A stretch of 64,000 bases of DNA from Prorocentrum cordatum (taxonomy: Eukaryota), in the NCBI GenBank assembly GCA_963575745.1, contig CAUYUJ010000329.1, positions 1-64,000 on the forward strand, written 5' to 3'. Shown piece by piece: positions 26,901 through 40,263 of this stretch. The notes below the pieces were generated by a model. That model was not told the origin of the DNA. It did no database searches and worked only from the letters and a program-made list of their open reading frames with translations. Numbering within the stretch: the stretch's first letter is position 1; each line of letters begins with the position of its first letter. The position numbers and the translations under genes were made by a program.

Positions 26901-28406
26901 TTTGAGCACCCTGTTTGGGGCCCACGCTTGCTAACATTAGACAAGAGCCAACCTCTATCGTTGCAGTTGTTTCTTGTATATAATGTGTTGAGGACGTTTT
27001 AGGCGAGATCTCAAGTTTGAAAAAAAGGCCGGCCTCCATCCATGTATGTGTTCGGAATGTTCGAGACGAGTGCGTGCAGCGCTACAACCGCACCGTGACA
27101 ACATACAAGCCTCCTTCCGTGCAGCTGTTGATCGTGTTTGCGACAAGTGTTCGCGACCCTCAGTGAAGAGCCACATTTCGAAAAGGTACTGGCCTCCATC
27201 CGTGCACTTGCGTGAACTGTCAAGCAAGCTTTGGGACAGTAGTTTGTAAGGAAATGTTGAACGAAACTCCCAACCTGGCCTGCGGACGCATCTTGTAGTG
27301 CGACAGGAGGAGGGGGAGATAATGGAGGACTTTTGGATGCCCCGCGGGGCCCTCGTGGAGTCCCTTGAGGGCTCCTTGACACAATTCGGTGGCCTGCCAA
27401 GGCCTTGAGCTCGGTGGTTGAATCCCGAACACGGCCCTTGAGCCAGATTGGCTGCGGATCTTCTACTCCTCCTCCCTCATCGTCCTTCTCCCTCACCCTT
27501 ATTCCTTATCGATATCAGTTCTTATTCTGCCACGAAAACAGCCGATGGCAACCGGATCTGCGCTGTCCATCCTATTTGTTGAAAACAAAAATGTAGAATC
27601 AATGCTTTTCGTCTCGACACGGGCGTTCTGCTGTCGACGGTGTAAACTGCGTGGCAGGAGTGGGACGCGGCGCACATCCCGCGCGAAAGGCCGAAATGTC
27701 GCTCCCGCGCGGGCGCGGCGCGCACACGCAAGTTCGCCGACGCGCGGGCGGACGAACATGTCGCTCTCGCCTCGACGCCGCGTCCAGATCGCCTGAAAAT
27801 TGCGCTCCCGCCTCGACGCGTCGCATATGTTTCTCACTCGCCGGTGCTGAAGGGCCTGCGCGAGTGGGCGACTTGTCGCCCTCGCCCTCGCCCAAGCTCC
27901 GCCCGCATTTCGCTCGGAAGTGGCGTTCCCGCGCGGGGCCCGGCGCGCGGGTCGTTCGCCGCGTCGCGTGAAGCTGACAGCGGCAGCGGTGCCGCGCGAG
28001 AGCGGGAGAGGTGCCGAGCTCGCCCAAGCGCCGCGAAGCTTGTGAGTGAAAGTGGCGCTGCTGTGTCAAGTCGGCACATGCTTCGTTTTCGCTGCGCCCA
28101 TCGGAAGTTTTGCCATCCCTTGCGCGGCCCTCGCAAGTTTCTGTTCGCCAAGTCTCAGGAGGGAAAGAAACACACAGACACAATTAATCGTCGATTTCCC
28201 AGAAAACATGGGAAAATATGGGAAGTGGGGGGGAAGACAGAAACCCAGAAAATATGGGAAAATATGGGGAATATTTTTAGTTGTGTGTATTTATTTGTGT
28301 GTCCTGGGGCCCCTTGAAAGTCGTCGGAAGCGGGGCCGCGCGCGAGCGCCTTCCGTTTGCGAGGTGGGGACGCGTTCCAATCCCAATACCATGTTGTGCC
28401 ACAGTT

Positions 28407-28573
28407 TAGGGCGACGAGATCTATGCATATCCACTGCTCCTGGCCAGGCCAATCCTGGGCCCAGGAGCGGTGTATACGCCCTCCTGGCCTGGCCAGGGAG
28501 GCATATACACAGCTCCTGGGCCCAGGATGGGCCTGGCCAGGAGCAGTGGATATGTATAGATCTCGTCGCCCTA
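28407..28573. mobile_element. 167-bp foldback MITE with a 5-bp target-site duplication (CAGTT)
   Basis: Near-perfect palindrome tagggcgacgagatctat...atagatctcgtcgcccta; cagtt at 28402-28406 and 28574-28578. Confidence 0.85.
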
Positions 28574-29567
28574 CAGTTGGTCCTCATGTTGTGGGAGGAG
28601 GGTGGGAAGAGGCGGGGCCTTCTGACTCGCTCGACCTGGCTAAATTGATCATCGTCCTACTCCTCCCGTCTGCTCCTCCACCCTCTCTTCCGCTGCCTCC
28701 TTCTCCTCGTCTTCCTCCTCATCATCAGTATCCTCCTACTCCTCCTCTTCCTCCTCCTCCTCCTCCTCCTCCTTTTATTTCTCCTCCTCCTCCTCCTCAT
28801 CCACCTCCCGCCCCCCGAGGCCGATGAAACGACCTCTCGAGGCCTCTCGAGGGCGTCCACGGCGCCCGCGGCGCTCTCGTCGATGCGGGCATTCGCGGGC
28901 GGGGTGTCTGGCAGCGGGCTGCACTCGGAGACCTGCTGGCTGGTGTTCCTCTTCGTGGCCCTCGACGCGTCCAAGAGCCTCGCCGTCTCCTGGGCGGCCC
29001 TGAACGGCCACGGTTGCGATCCGCTCATGATAGGCACCTGGGCCTCCTCGTCCTCCTCTTCCTCCTCATCATCATGACCATCACCATCACCATCACCATC
29101 ATCAAACACATACTTATCATCATCGTTCCCCTCCTCGTCCTTCCTCTCTCTCTCTCTCTCTCTCCCTCCTCCTCATCCTCACCCTTTCTGTTTCCACTCC
29201 TCATTTCTCGGCTCCTCCCTCCTCCTATCCCTGCTCTTCCTCCTCTTCCTTGCGCCTCCCCCAGCTCCTGGGCTCATTAACGGACGTTCACGGGCACATG
29301 TCACATGTGCGCGCCTTTCGTGATAAGCGTCGTCGTAGTCCTCGTTACCGCGTGGCACTATTTCGTCGTCGCCGCCGTTGCTATCGTTGTCCTTGCCGCC
29401 GTCGCCGTCCTCGCCACCACCGCCAACGCCGTCGTCGTGGTCGTCGTCGCCATTTTGGTTCAAGCGGTGGTATTTGCAAGGCCCCCATCCTTCCTGAAGT
29501 TTCCTTTCACATTCCCCTTTCTACAGTCCGCTCATCCCCAAACAGGACGCACGTTGCCTCTCCTGTC

Positions 29568-32500
29568 ATGGCCGCTGTTGGTGCCTCCGCTTCCGCAGGT
29601 GCCGCGTTCGCCCCCATAGGCGACGATGAACTTGAGCTGTTCGGAGCTGGCGGCCCGCGGCAAGCAAAATACCAACGTCTGCCAGCCGCATTGGCAGGAG
29701 GACCTCCAGGTGCTGCTGCCCCAGATCTTTGGACCGCCGCTGCAGCCAGTAAGTTTGGAACGCCACCACAACCAGGCCAGTCTTCTGGTCCATCAGTTGC
29801 GGTGGCGTTGGGAGCACCAATCACCGCCCTCGCTGCCGATTTCCGCACCATGTACGGCGCCACCATCGCTCTTCTAGGCAAAAAGGTTGAGACCGTGAGT
29901 TCCAAGTTGGACACCACCGTCACGGAGGCCATGCGTATGAAGCACGAGGTGCAGTCTCTCAAATCTCCTATGGGAGTCTTGGAGTCTGACGCTACTTCGG
30001 TTGGCAGTGGTGGGACCGATATTTGCGCTGTAGCCCCGTCGCCTGCCCGACGTCCTACGGGGCAACGCAAGGTTCTTTGTGTCGGAGTTAGGCTTACATC
30101 CAAGGAGTTGCCAAGGTGTGCCCCGCAGGCTCGTACGCCGACAATGTGAAGGTTGAGTTTACAAACGAAGTAATGGAAGTGCTTAGTTGCGACGACGGGT
30201 AAGAAGTTCACTAGCCCCCTAGCCGACCGTTCCAGAGAGTCCGACACAGTAGACAACACGAAGAGGAAGCTCTGGCACAGCATCGACGAGTACACCGAGG
30301 AGATCGCCTGCTGCACCCCAGCGGCACGCGCTCGGGGGGTGATCCTGGACGCCTTCCGCCAGAAGTGGCCCGACCTGGAGCCAGAGCCCCTCGCAGCCAG
30401 CCGGGGCGCGCAGAGCCACGTGGGTTCGGCAGCGTGCCTCCGCCGTCACACCTTCCGCCTGCTGTGGCCCCTCGCGAGCCCCTTCGCCCCCCCCTGGCTC
30501 GCGCGTGCCCCTCTTTTGACCCGCAAGTGGCGAGGGGGCCCAAGCGCGGCTCAACCAAGAGGGAGCTGTTTTGCAGGCAGAGGCCCACCTGGAGGTCGTA
30601 AACGATCCCCTAGGACAAACCCGCGACTAGGTTCTTCGCCGCGAGAACATTCCAACGACGACACTCTAGCTTTCACATGGATCTGCCATGGCGTCCCTGG
30701 GCGTGGCATTGTGCGGGTGCTGGAATCTCTCGAGCAGCGCTTTTTCTGGGATATCCTTCGCCTCCAAGAATTCATGGGGGTGACTTAACCTACCCCGAGA
30801 TCACTTGCCATGCAGTTTTCCTGCTGGGGCCCCCCAGCGGGAGGCGGAAAATGAGACCCTGCGATGTTGTGCTTAAGACACTCAGGGCTTGTATCCTCGG
30901 GATTTGTTTTGTCTGCGTCTACGCTGCTTGTGCCGGACTGCTCTGGGTCATTTGCGCGCGCCTGGACCCCGATCCAAATGATCGAATCTTGCGCGCTTCA
31001 GATCTGTCAAGTGGCGAGCAGCTGCTCCAGCGAAGGTCACCAGGCAGCCAACCTGTCTGGGGAGTTGACGTAAGCGTCTCTTTCTCGCCCCGGCCTTCTC
31101 CAGCACATCAGATCGGGCCTCGCGCTGTTGGGGCAGATAGCTGGAAGTGTACGGCGTTTCTCGGAATCCTCACCTCCCACCGTTGCGTTGCAGCCGTTGT
31201 GCGGAGTCGACCGTCGCAGGGAATCGCCGCGCGCTTCCGTGGTGGCCGCCTGGAACCTCGCCGGATCGACTCCCTTGTCGCTAGCCAGAGCTCGCTTATT
31301 TCGAAATATGGGGCGCTCCAAACAGAGCCTTGCCTTCGAGGATCGAAAGGGCTGTCATCTCTTCCTCGGCGGAAGCCGGCGGAAGGCTGCGGAAGTAAAA
31401 GACATGCCCCAAGAGATAAACGATTTTGGTCCAGGGTGCTCAAGTTCGCCCTTCCGAAGTTGTCGAGTCCGATCGCGTTCCTGCGGCGTTGCGCTTCTGC
31501 CTGTAGGGACGGATTCGCCCCGCTCCAGGGCCCGCCCACAAGCGTCGATTGTCTCCGAAGCCTGCGGGCCAAGGGCTCGACGATCACAGCTTCCGCGCCC
31601 AGACTCGAGCAGCGCTTCGACATCGAGGAACGCCCTGGCGCGGGGGCCGCGCTGGACCAGGTCAGTTCACGCTGGTTGAACGACGGCCATGCCATTGCAC
31701 GAGGAGCACTGACATCGGGGGCGGCCAAGAGAGGGGTGATGACTAGGGTGGGGTGAGTATCATGGCGTGGGCCATGATATTTCCTCAGATTTCATGGCGC
31801 CTCTTCTTCTTTCATTACGTCCCTGGCCCCCCCCTTGGGCCGCGCACGCGCCGCCAGCCATGATTTGCGCCCCCCTCTTTGACGCCCCCCTCTTGGCCGC
31901 CCCCGATAAAAAGGAAACGCATCGTGGTTGGGGCTTCGCCTCCTGGGCAGAAGACCCCGGGGCTCTCCCCGAATGCCATGTCCCCGGGGGCCCCTTTGGA
32001 CCGACTCTTCAGGCTTGCGGGCTGGCGCGCGCCGACCCCGTCCTCCAGGGGTGTGGTTCGCCAGCAGCGCGGCGGGACCTTCCGGGGCAGCGGGGACGGG
32101 TCTGCGGCCCCTCTTGGTTCCCCCAGAGCCTGCGGGGCGCCCGATGCCGCCAGGGCGCTGTGATCGAGGTCGCATTCGGCTCCGCGCGCCTTTTGGGCAC
32201 TTGGGAGCCTGGGCAAAAACTTCGCACCGGAACGCAGCGTCGCCCTCACCTCTCTCCTCCAGCTCCTTCGGGGCCAGGTCTTCCGAAAGTTCAGGGCCCT
32301 CCGCCCCTTCGGGGGCGGAGGGCCGCTCGAGCGCGCGGGGCAATGTCTTGGCGGGGCGTCAAGCTCTCGAAGGAGGCGCCCCGAAGAGTTCGCGCGCGGC
32401 TACGCCTGCGCGCGCCCGGCCGCGCTCGACTGGGCCGCTGGACAGAGCAGGCTTTGCTCCCGACTGTTGAGCATCAGCTCGCATTTCGAGAAGGCGCCCG

Positions 32501-34440
32501 CGCCCTTCGCCCGTCTCTTCTGTCTCGGCGCGCGCAGGCCACAGGGTCCCGCCCGAGCCGCGGAGGCAGCGGCGGGCCCCTGCGCGCGCCGCTGTGGGCG
32601 AGGCCCTCGAAGAGAGCAGGGCGGCTCAGGAGGGCCGCCGCTGCCTCCAGGCTCTGGCAGTGGGGGGGTCTGCCGCCGCGATTGCAGGCGCGGCCCCGGC
32701 GCGCTGGAGCAACAGAGACGCTGTGGGGTGGGGGGGGGGGCGAGGCGTGTGGCCCCCAGGGCGGCCAGGGGCCATCCGCTCCAGCAGCAGGTGCCAGCTC
32801 GACGTGAAGCCCGAGACGCAGAGCCCGGCTGTGGACTCGGATCTACCATGGGTGTCCAGCCAGTGGACCTCGTGCATCAACTGCGCGCGGTGCAGCGAGA
32901 TGAGACATCTGAGTATTTGGCGAAGCACGGGAGGGTTGACAGAGCATTCAGAAGAGGGATGGCGAAAGCCATTGGGATCAACATGGGGGACCTGGTCTTC
33001 TCCGGAAGCGTCCGGAAATCATGATGTTTGGGAAGACGTGCGCTAGGGCTGTCTATATCGCGGCGGAAATGCTGCAAGCATTAAGCAACGACGCTTTGGG
33101 TTTGCTGGTGGAGCATTCCTCCTTGCGCCTCACAAGTCGCCCGAGCGAGGCGCATGATTATTGTTACCAGGCACCAAGTGGCTCTGGTTGCCAAGCTCTG
33201 GGGCTCCTGCAATGTGTGCGATTTCAGACCCATTGTCATCCTCTCTTGCTCTATGTGCATTGGTGCTCTCGCCGTCCTTCACGAAGGGTTCCCAGGTCCA
33301 CGAAGTTGCTGCCACTACGCGCTCACTGGTCGAGAAGGCTAAAGAGCGCCAAGGCCACGCGTTCATCGGGATGAGAGACTTCTGCACAGCGCGCGACCAC
33401 GTGTCTACCGCCTCCTCATATCATTCAGAACCCTGCCCGCCGAGGAATCCTTCGCATCTTGTCAGCTGCGTGGTTGCGTGGAATCCGAAGGGGAATATTT
33501 GGACATGTTGCTGCAGGGGCTCCTGGCTCATCGCGCTGCGCCTAGATCCAGATTTCCTTGGCAAGGAGGCCCAGAGGCGCCGGCGATCTTCTTTCTCTTC
33601 TCGGACGACGCTGCGCGAGATTTCGAGGGCTGCTGCAGGAAGGGAGGATGGGTCTATCCTTTGGAGGAGGAGGATGATGATGATGAGGAGGAGGAGGGGG
33701 GCATGGGAGCTCTGGGGCAAAGTGAGAGGAGGAAGAAGGAGGCGAACGTGGACACATTGGAGATTTATCTTCTGGCAGACAAAGTATTCTATGTACACCG
33801 CGTCGGCGGCAGTTCCCACGCAGATGATGATCGCCTGGCGCGCCGTCGTGATGATCCGACGCGAGGAGTGTTTCTGGACGATAACCGCCCCAGTTGACGT
33901 GACTTATCTGAATCCCCCAAAATGACGCTTGAAAAGATTAGGAAGATCATTCAGGACCTTGGGAGCCCAGGTCCCTTCGATGGACGTGCCTCGTGTGCCG
34001 TTCGCCAGGGCATCGCTCGGGCCCGGGTGGCGTCTATGTAGCAAGAACAGATCCAGTTTCTGTGCTCGCCGCACCCCATTCGGGCGAATAATCGACATCC
34101 TCGACGGGGGCGCCAGGCCCTTCGCATTCTTTTGCGTCGGCCGTGCGTCTGCGTTGCTCACGCGTCAACACCTTGCCCAGACACGTGCTGCTCAATGTCG
34201 AATGTTGACGTACATTGTCGGCTTCAAATACGACGCGAAGGCAGTCGCCAGATCGCGAAACGGATGCTTCACAAGATAAGGACGCCCCTGGGCGCCCATA
34301 AATCTGAACCTTGGGACCCACACGTGTTGCGTCTGAACCGTTCTTGGGCGGGACATCTCATGCATATGGCTAGGTCTGATAAACCCAGTCTTTTTCTGAA
34401 AGTTGATAGCTACAACGACTTGCAAGTAGTGGCATTTTTT
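29568..34440 (+). mobile_element. Decayed LINE (ORF1-like coiled-coil region + RT remnants, RTE-like tail)
   Basis: RT-like pieces DFRPIVIL (~33220), LVEKAKERQGHAFIGMRDFCTARDHV, QGGPEAPAIF and YLLADK, then a C-terminal SWAGHL (~34345). The 29568-30360 ORF is coiled-coil-like. Many frameshifts. Confidence 0.65.
31714..31907. mobile_element. ~190-bp MITE-like element, copy 2, inserted in the LINE
   Basis: Perfect 18-bp inverted ends atcgggggcggccaagag / ctcttggccgcccccgat. Confidence 0.8.
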
Positions 34441-34858
34441 GTTTGATGCCATCGGCTCCCAGGGACCCCAAAGTCATGTCTGGCGTCGGGAAAGGCAGTT
34501 GTACCAATCTTACCGACAAGACTGGACCGAGACCTGGAGGATTGGCAGATGACGTCTGCTGCTTGGCTGAACTGTCGCCAAGAGGACATGACATCGACGA
34601 AGCGAGGCACCAAGAGACGCAGAGCCGGTGCGGTGGAGATTTGGGTGCACCTACACGCACGGCGGAATTTTGGAAGCTCCAATCATGCATGCCCGAATTT
34701 CCATTGTAACCTGCCAGCGTTGGTTTTGCTGTTGTTTTGCTCTCTTTGCTCTGTCTCCTTCTTCCGCTATATGATTTCAAGTTCAGATTGCGCATTGTTG
34801 GCCTTGGCCTGGAGCCACCGTGAGCGCCGAGTGATGATGATGATGCTGATGCTGATGC

Positions 34859-34890
<32 letters not shown>

Positions 34891-35104
34891 CTTGTAATGA
34901 TGATGGCGGGGATGATGGCGATGGTGATGATGATGATGATGGTGATGACGATAATAATGGTGGCGATGGTAAAGTTTTCGACGTTGTCGTCGTTGTCGTT
35001 GTCGTCGTTGTCGTTGTCGTCGTTGTCGTCGTCGTCGTCAGCACACCGCTCGTGGTAGGCTGCAGTACAGTCCTGTGGGTATCGCTGGTTCCCTCCCTCT
35101 TCCC

Positions 35105-35845
35105 CTTTTTTCCCAACCATCCTGTGGTGTTGGGTCTTCGCTTTGAAGAGACAGGGGCCTGCGTCACTCCTTCTCTTCCTCTTCCCTCTCCCGCCTCCTC
35201 CCTCTTCCCATCCCTGCCTCTGCTCTCTCGCATGCTAATTTCGGCGCACCCCTCGCACTTTTCGTGGCCTCATAGCGAACTCCACCGAAGGTCCCGTGGC
35301 AGGGTCCGCATGCAGTTTCACCTCCATTTCGGCGCACCCCTCACACGCTTCGTGGCCCATAGGGTGCCCCACCGAAGGCCCCAGTGGCAGGGTCGCATGC
35401 AGTTCCACTTCATTTCGGCGCACCCATCACACGTTTCGTGGCCCCATATGGTGTTCCACCCAGGGCCCCAGTGGCAGGGTCCGCATGCAGTTCCACCTTC
35501 ATTTCGGCGCACCCTCTCACGTTAGGGTCCGCGAGCGGTTCCACCCCCATTTCGGCGCACCCCTCGCACGTTTCGTGGCCTCACATGGGGCTCCGCCGAC
35601 GGCCCCAGTGGCAGGGCCCGCGTGCAGTTCCACCCCCATGTTGGCGCACCCCTCGCATGTTTCGCGGTCTCACATGGGGCTCCGCCGATGGCTCCGGTGG
35701 CAGCGTCCGCAAGGCGTGGCGTACACGTGTCAATTATGGCACACCCGTCATACGCGTCGTGGCCCCAGAGAGAGGCTCACCGATGACGATACCCATACCT
35801 GCGTTACTCACAACTGCACATGGTTGTGTCCTTCGCCTGGATAAT
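35105..35845 (-). mobile_element. Non-autonomous element with ~89-bp internal tandem repeats (short copy)
   Basis: Reverse complement of both unique ends and of the repeat unit of 40264-42060. Confidence 0.8.
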
Positions 35846-37609
35846 GAACCCCTGTCTCCTGCCCCTCCTCACCACTGCCCTCCTCCTCCCCCGTCAGCAG
35901 GAGGGGCCGGGCAAGCGGCCAGAGTCTGGAGCCGAATCACTTCTGGCCCAACCCCTTTCCTTCCCCTCCTCCGTCTTCCCTCTGGCCCTGCGGCTGCCAG
36001 CAGGTGCCGTTAAGAAAGAATGGCGCCCCTTGGTTCCTCTGCCAGGTTCACGTGAAGGCCAGCCCCCTGTCGACAGTTTCGCACCTGCAAGTGTTGCGCA
36101 GGTAAGCATATTGGGCACAAGCCAGGATCCAGGGGTCCGCCCCTAGAGGCAGCGGCCACTGGACACTTTCTAATTCGGGTCCTCGTGCACTACTGATGCC
36201 CTTGCGCAGGGTTCCCAGATTATTCGTCGTGCATAAGCGCGACTACGTTCGCACCGCTGCCGCCGGTTTGGAGCCGTCGTGAATTTGTACCCCAGCAAGT
36301 ACATAGAACGAAATTGCTTTGCGTGGCCTTGCCTATCTGTCGGCACTGCCCAGTGCAGGCCGCCACTCTTGCACAGTGTTAGTGTGGGTTGGTTGCCAGG
36401 GCTCGCCCCCGTTCGCAACCATCTCAGCAGGCTGCGAGTTGGGGTTTCCCCAGGCGACGGGTGTACCCCCTTGGCAATTCGTCCTCGGTGCAGGGACTGT
36501 TCAAAGACGACCCGCTCGCAGACCTAGCAGTTTGGTGCAGCCGAGTTTCGGCTACCTTGCTGCGGCCGATTTTGGGCCGCGTTCGCCGGCCAAGCCTGGC
36601 AGAGTCTTCTTGTTTTTTCTTTTCCCTTCCCGCCCAGCAGCGGCGCGCGCAGGTAGCTGTCGCGAGCGGTCTGCCGAGGCGAACGTGCTTCGGCAGAGCA
36701 AATCGAGGCTGCCGGAACCAGGAGTGGGGAAGTTCTGATTAAAATGGTTTTTTGGACAGAGTTTCCCCCTGCTTGGTGTTGCTGTTTCGGCACCCCTGAA
36801 AACAGGGAGGGCGCCTCGGATTCTGGTTGAGGTCACCATGATATCCTCCTTCCTCATCCTCCTCCTTCCTTTCCTCCTCTTTGTCCTTTGCACATATCCT
36901 CCTCGTCCTCCGCCTCCTCCTCCTCCCCTTCCTCCTCGTCTTGCGATGCAAGGGCGAAGCAGCGAAGTAGCGCACAATATGTGCGTTTCGTATGTTTTTG
37001 TTCCGCCCTTTCTAGTTTTGGGATGCTGGCGGCACGTCCCCTCGGTGCCCCATGTTTCCCGGCTGCTCGTTGCAATTCGTTCCCCTCTCTCCCCCCTCTC
37101 CCTCTCCTGAGCGACAGCCATGCAACCCCCACCCCGTTGAGGCATATGGATGATCCGCCCTCCGCCCTTCGTCCTCCGCTGTGGTGGGTCCGTGCGAGTG
37201 CTATTCCCATGCGCGGGCCCATGCTTTTCAGGAAGAAGGAGGTTTGGGCGCCACGGGCGCCTTTTCTCGCGTTCAAAGTTCTGCCTGCGGGCTCGCCTAC
37301 CGCAGGTTGGCCCGATCACCGTTCCAGCTTTGCTTGGAGGCTGCGACGTGTGTGTGTGTGTGTGGGAGTTCGAAGGCGCTGAGTGGGGGGGAAAGCACAG
37401 TCTGGCCAGTGATCCTCTTCCTCCCCTGTTCCCCCCCTCTTGCCGTTCCCCGGCCCCCCCCCCCCCCTCCCCTCCCCCCGCCCACCTTCGCCTCTCCCCG
37501 TCCTATTCCCCATGGCCCGACTGCCCGATCCTGCCCCTCCCCCCCCCGTCCTGCCCCCACCCTCACCCCTCCCCGTCCTGTTCCCCGTGGCCCGCCTGCG
37601 CCGGAGCAG

Positions 37610-38804
37610 GCGCCAAGAACGCGCTGTCCATCGGCTTCGGCATGCTCCTGGCGGCCTGCCTGGACGGCCGGGCCGGCCTCCGGCGGTGCCTCGACATGCG
37701 CCGCGCCATGAACGTGCTGCCCATCTCCTGCCTCTTCTGCGCGGCCCAGGCCCTCGCGGCACAGACTGCGACGGCTCGATTTTTGTCAGAGCCTCGAGCC
37801 TGTGCGGGCCTAGGCGTTGGGACGCCGTCTCGGGCCCTTCTGGGCCCATCCTGCGGCGAGAGGCGTGTCCCGGGGATGGTGCCGAGAGCTCCGAGCGGCA
37901 ACGTGATGAGCGTCGGGTATCTGGATCCTCCTGTCGTCGTCCTCCTCCTCCTCATCCTTCTCATCCTCATCCTCCTCCTCCTTCTCATCCCCATCCTCAT
38001 CCTCATCCTCTTCCTCCTGTCTCTCTTTTGCGCGGCGCAGGTTTTCGCGCTCTCGGCGCTGCGCGCCTTCGACGCAGGCAGCCTGAAGGTGCTGGCACAG
38101 GTCAACCTGCCCACCACCGCGCTGCTGTCCTGGGCGGTGCTGGGGCGCCGCTACTCGGGGCAGCAGTGGCTGGCCATGGCCCTCCTGCTCTCCGCGACCA
38201 TGGCTTTCATGCAGGTCCGCATGCTGTTCTTCACGTTCCCTCGAGGCAGGGCATCGAAGAGCAAAAAACTGCATAGACACGATTTCTCGGAGGCCCGCCG
38301 GGCGCCGCTTCTGGCGCGCCCCGCGCTTCAGGGAGGGGGTTCCAGCGTTAAGTCGGGCATGTCCTTCTACAGGAGGAATATTCAGGAAAAGTGAAAATTA
38401 GTCAGGGCACGATTTTTGTCGTATTTGTTGATGGCAACTGGTGATTATTGGTTGACTCTTTATCATTTCTCTTCCAAAATCCTACAGGATTCCAGCGCCG
38501 ATCGGAGCGCGCGGACCTCCGCGAAAGTGTGCTTGTGCCGTTTTGTGTTCCTCGAGGGCAGCCACGAGCGGGGGAGCTGTGCTCCTGACACCCTGGGTGA
38601 TCCAGCGACGAGACGATGGACTCCCCCAAGGGTGCGAGGAGCACAGCTGCCCCAGCTGCTGCTGTTCGGCGAGGAAACCACTCCAACGGCATTCCAGAGA
38701 AGAAGCCGGACAAGGTGCAAGGGATGATGCTGTTCCTCACAGGGATCACTCTCTCCTGTTGCGCGTCCATATTCGCGGAGCGGTTCCTGAAGAAGAGGGC
38801 AGAG
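37610..38804 (+). CDS. Nucleotide-sugar transporter (SLC35A / UDP-Gal / CMP-Sia-like), three internal exons: ~37610-37749, 38041-38245, 38674-~38804
   Basis: The spliced reading AKNALSIGFG...LFCAAQ|VFALSALRAFDAGSLKVLAQVNLPTTALLSWAVLGRRYSGQQWLAMALLL...FPR G|NHSN...GMMLFLTGITLSCCASIFAERFLKK matches the SLC35A TM pattern (Q.K...TA....L.R..S..QW; S..A....E..LK). The GC-AG junctions keep frame. Remaining exons were not located. Confidence 0.75.
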
Positions 38805-39835
38805 GTGATCGACTGAACGAAATTGGGCGGGGAGGCGATTAAAGGGTCGGCGCCAATCTATATGTACATAAATATATATGTATATGTACACTTACATTTA
38901 TACACATGTATGCATATACTTATATATATGCATATGTATAATTGTATGTATATACATATATGATTGAGTGCATATATATATATATATGTATAACATGTCT
39001 CTGGCACTCGTGCGTGGAGCGTAGGACAACAGAGATATATTCGGGGCAACTGAAATTTCCTCTGCTCCTCCGCTTCAGTACCCTTCATCTTCTCGTCATC
39101 ATTAATGTATGCCCTCCTCAAACCATCCTCCATAATTTCAATCGTATTCATCCATCTCTTGCAACCCCTTAGACCCCCAAACAACAACTTCCTCGAACCC
39201 TTTGCGTCCGAATTTTATGCGCATTACATCATAAATGATTTGAATGTCAGTCGACTCCACTACTCACCACCTTTAGGGCAGTCTGGGTTGGGGGGCCAGA
39301 GCGCAGAAGCGTGTTAGCCCGTTGGCCGGGGGAGTTTGCCATTTAGGGTTGTTGCCGTGTGCAGATAGCTTAAATATATGACAGGGGAGGCCCAATCTCT
39401 TGGGCTGGCCAGAAGCGCACATTCCACATCTAATGCACAATTCAAGTGGAAGCCCCGTCTCGAGTATCTGACACACTCGGACATTGTGGAGTGGTCTACC
39501 TGGCTCCCAGCTGAGCACTTCAGAGTGGGTGACAGGAAAGCGCATCTGCCTGAAGCCTTCTTATGTACCGCTGAATCAGCGGCTGCGTTGAACGCAGCGC
39601 CGACGCAAACCGTCCCATAGCACTCGGTGAGCACGACGACGGGAGATGACCCCTCGGCTCCCTAGCCAGCTTACCGAACAGCTCCCTGGCAGGCGGTACA
39701 TTCATTAAAAGCTTAGACACCCCTGCCTCTATTTCAGTCCAGTCCGCCAGCGCAGTGTCGCAGTTGTACATCAACATGAGGAGGCCGAACGGTCTTACAG
39801 TATTCCCGGGTGCGTACCTGAAGTGGGATTCCGAC

Positions 39836-39960
39836 GCCCGCGACCCGCCCGCGACCAGCTTGCAACCCACCCGCGGCCCGCCCGTGACACGCCCGCGACC
39901 CACCCGCGACCCGCCCGCGACCCACCGCGACCCATCCGCGACCCACCCGCGACCCACCCA
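39836..39960. repeat. 11-bp tandem repeat (CGCGACCC(A/G)CC)
   Basis: Directly visible, about 11 units. Confidence 0.85.
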
Positions 39961-40263
39961 GAAGGTTTTGACGAAAAAACGGCGCCTGCGGCGTGCTCGT
40001 TGTGTAGCGTGCCAACAATCGGCGCCTTCAAATTTGTTTTCGAGTCTCGCGGGCTGCCGACTCCCCCGCCCGATCGCTCTTGTCCGCAATTGATGGCGGC
40101 TGAGGTATGTATAGAACTGCCTTATGCTGATGACCCCCTCGTTGGATATGCTCGTGAGTTGTCTCGTTTTCTCTCTAATGTCAGAGTGGTGTGCGGGTCA
40201 GTCCTTCCAAGCATTGGTGAGTTTACCTTTCATCAGGCACCACTGGGCAGATGCCTTGCAACA

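Noticed and set aside
28830..29040. Possible minus-strand exon (VPIMSGSQPWPFRAAQETARLLD...)
   Set aside because: Codon-like, but no recognisable family and no partner exons.
40093..40260. Plus-strand LPYADD suggesting a reverse transcriptase
   Set aside because: No other RT motifs in frame; the region reads better as the minus-strand RNase H remnant.
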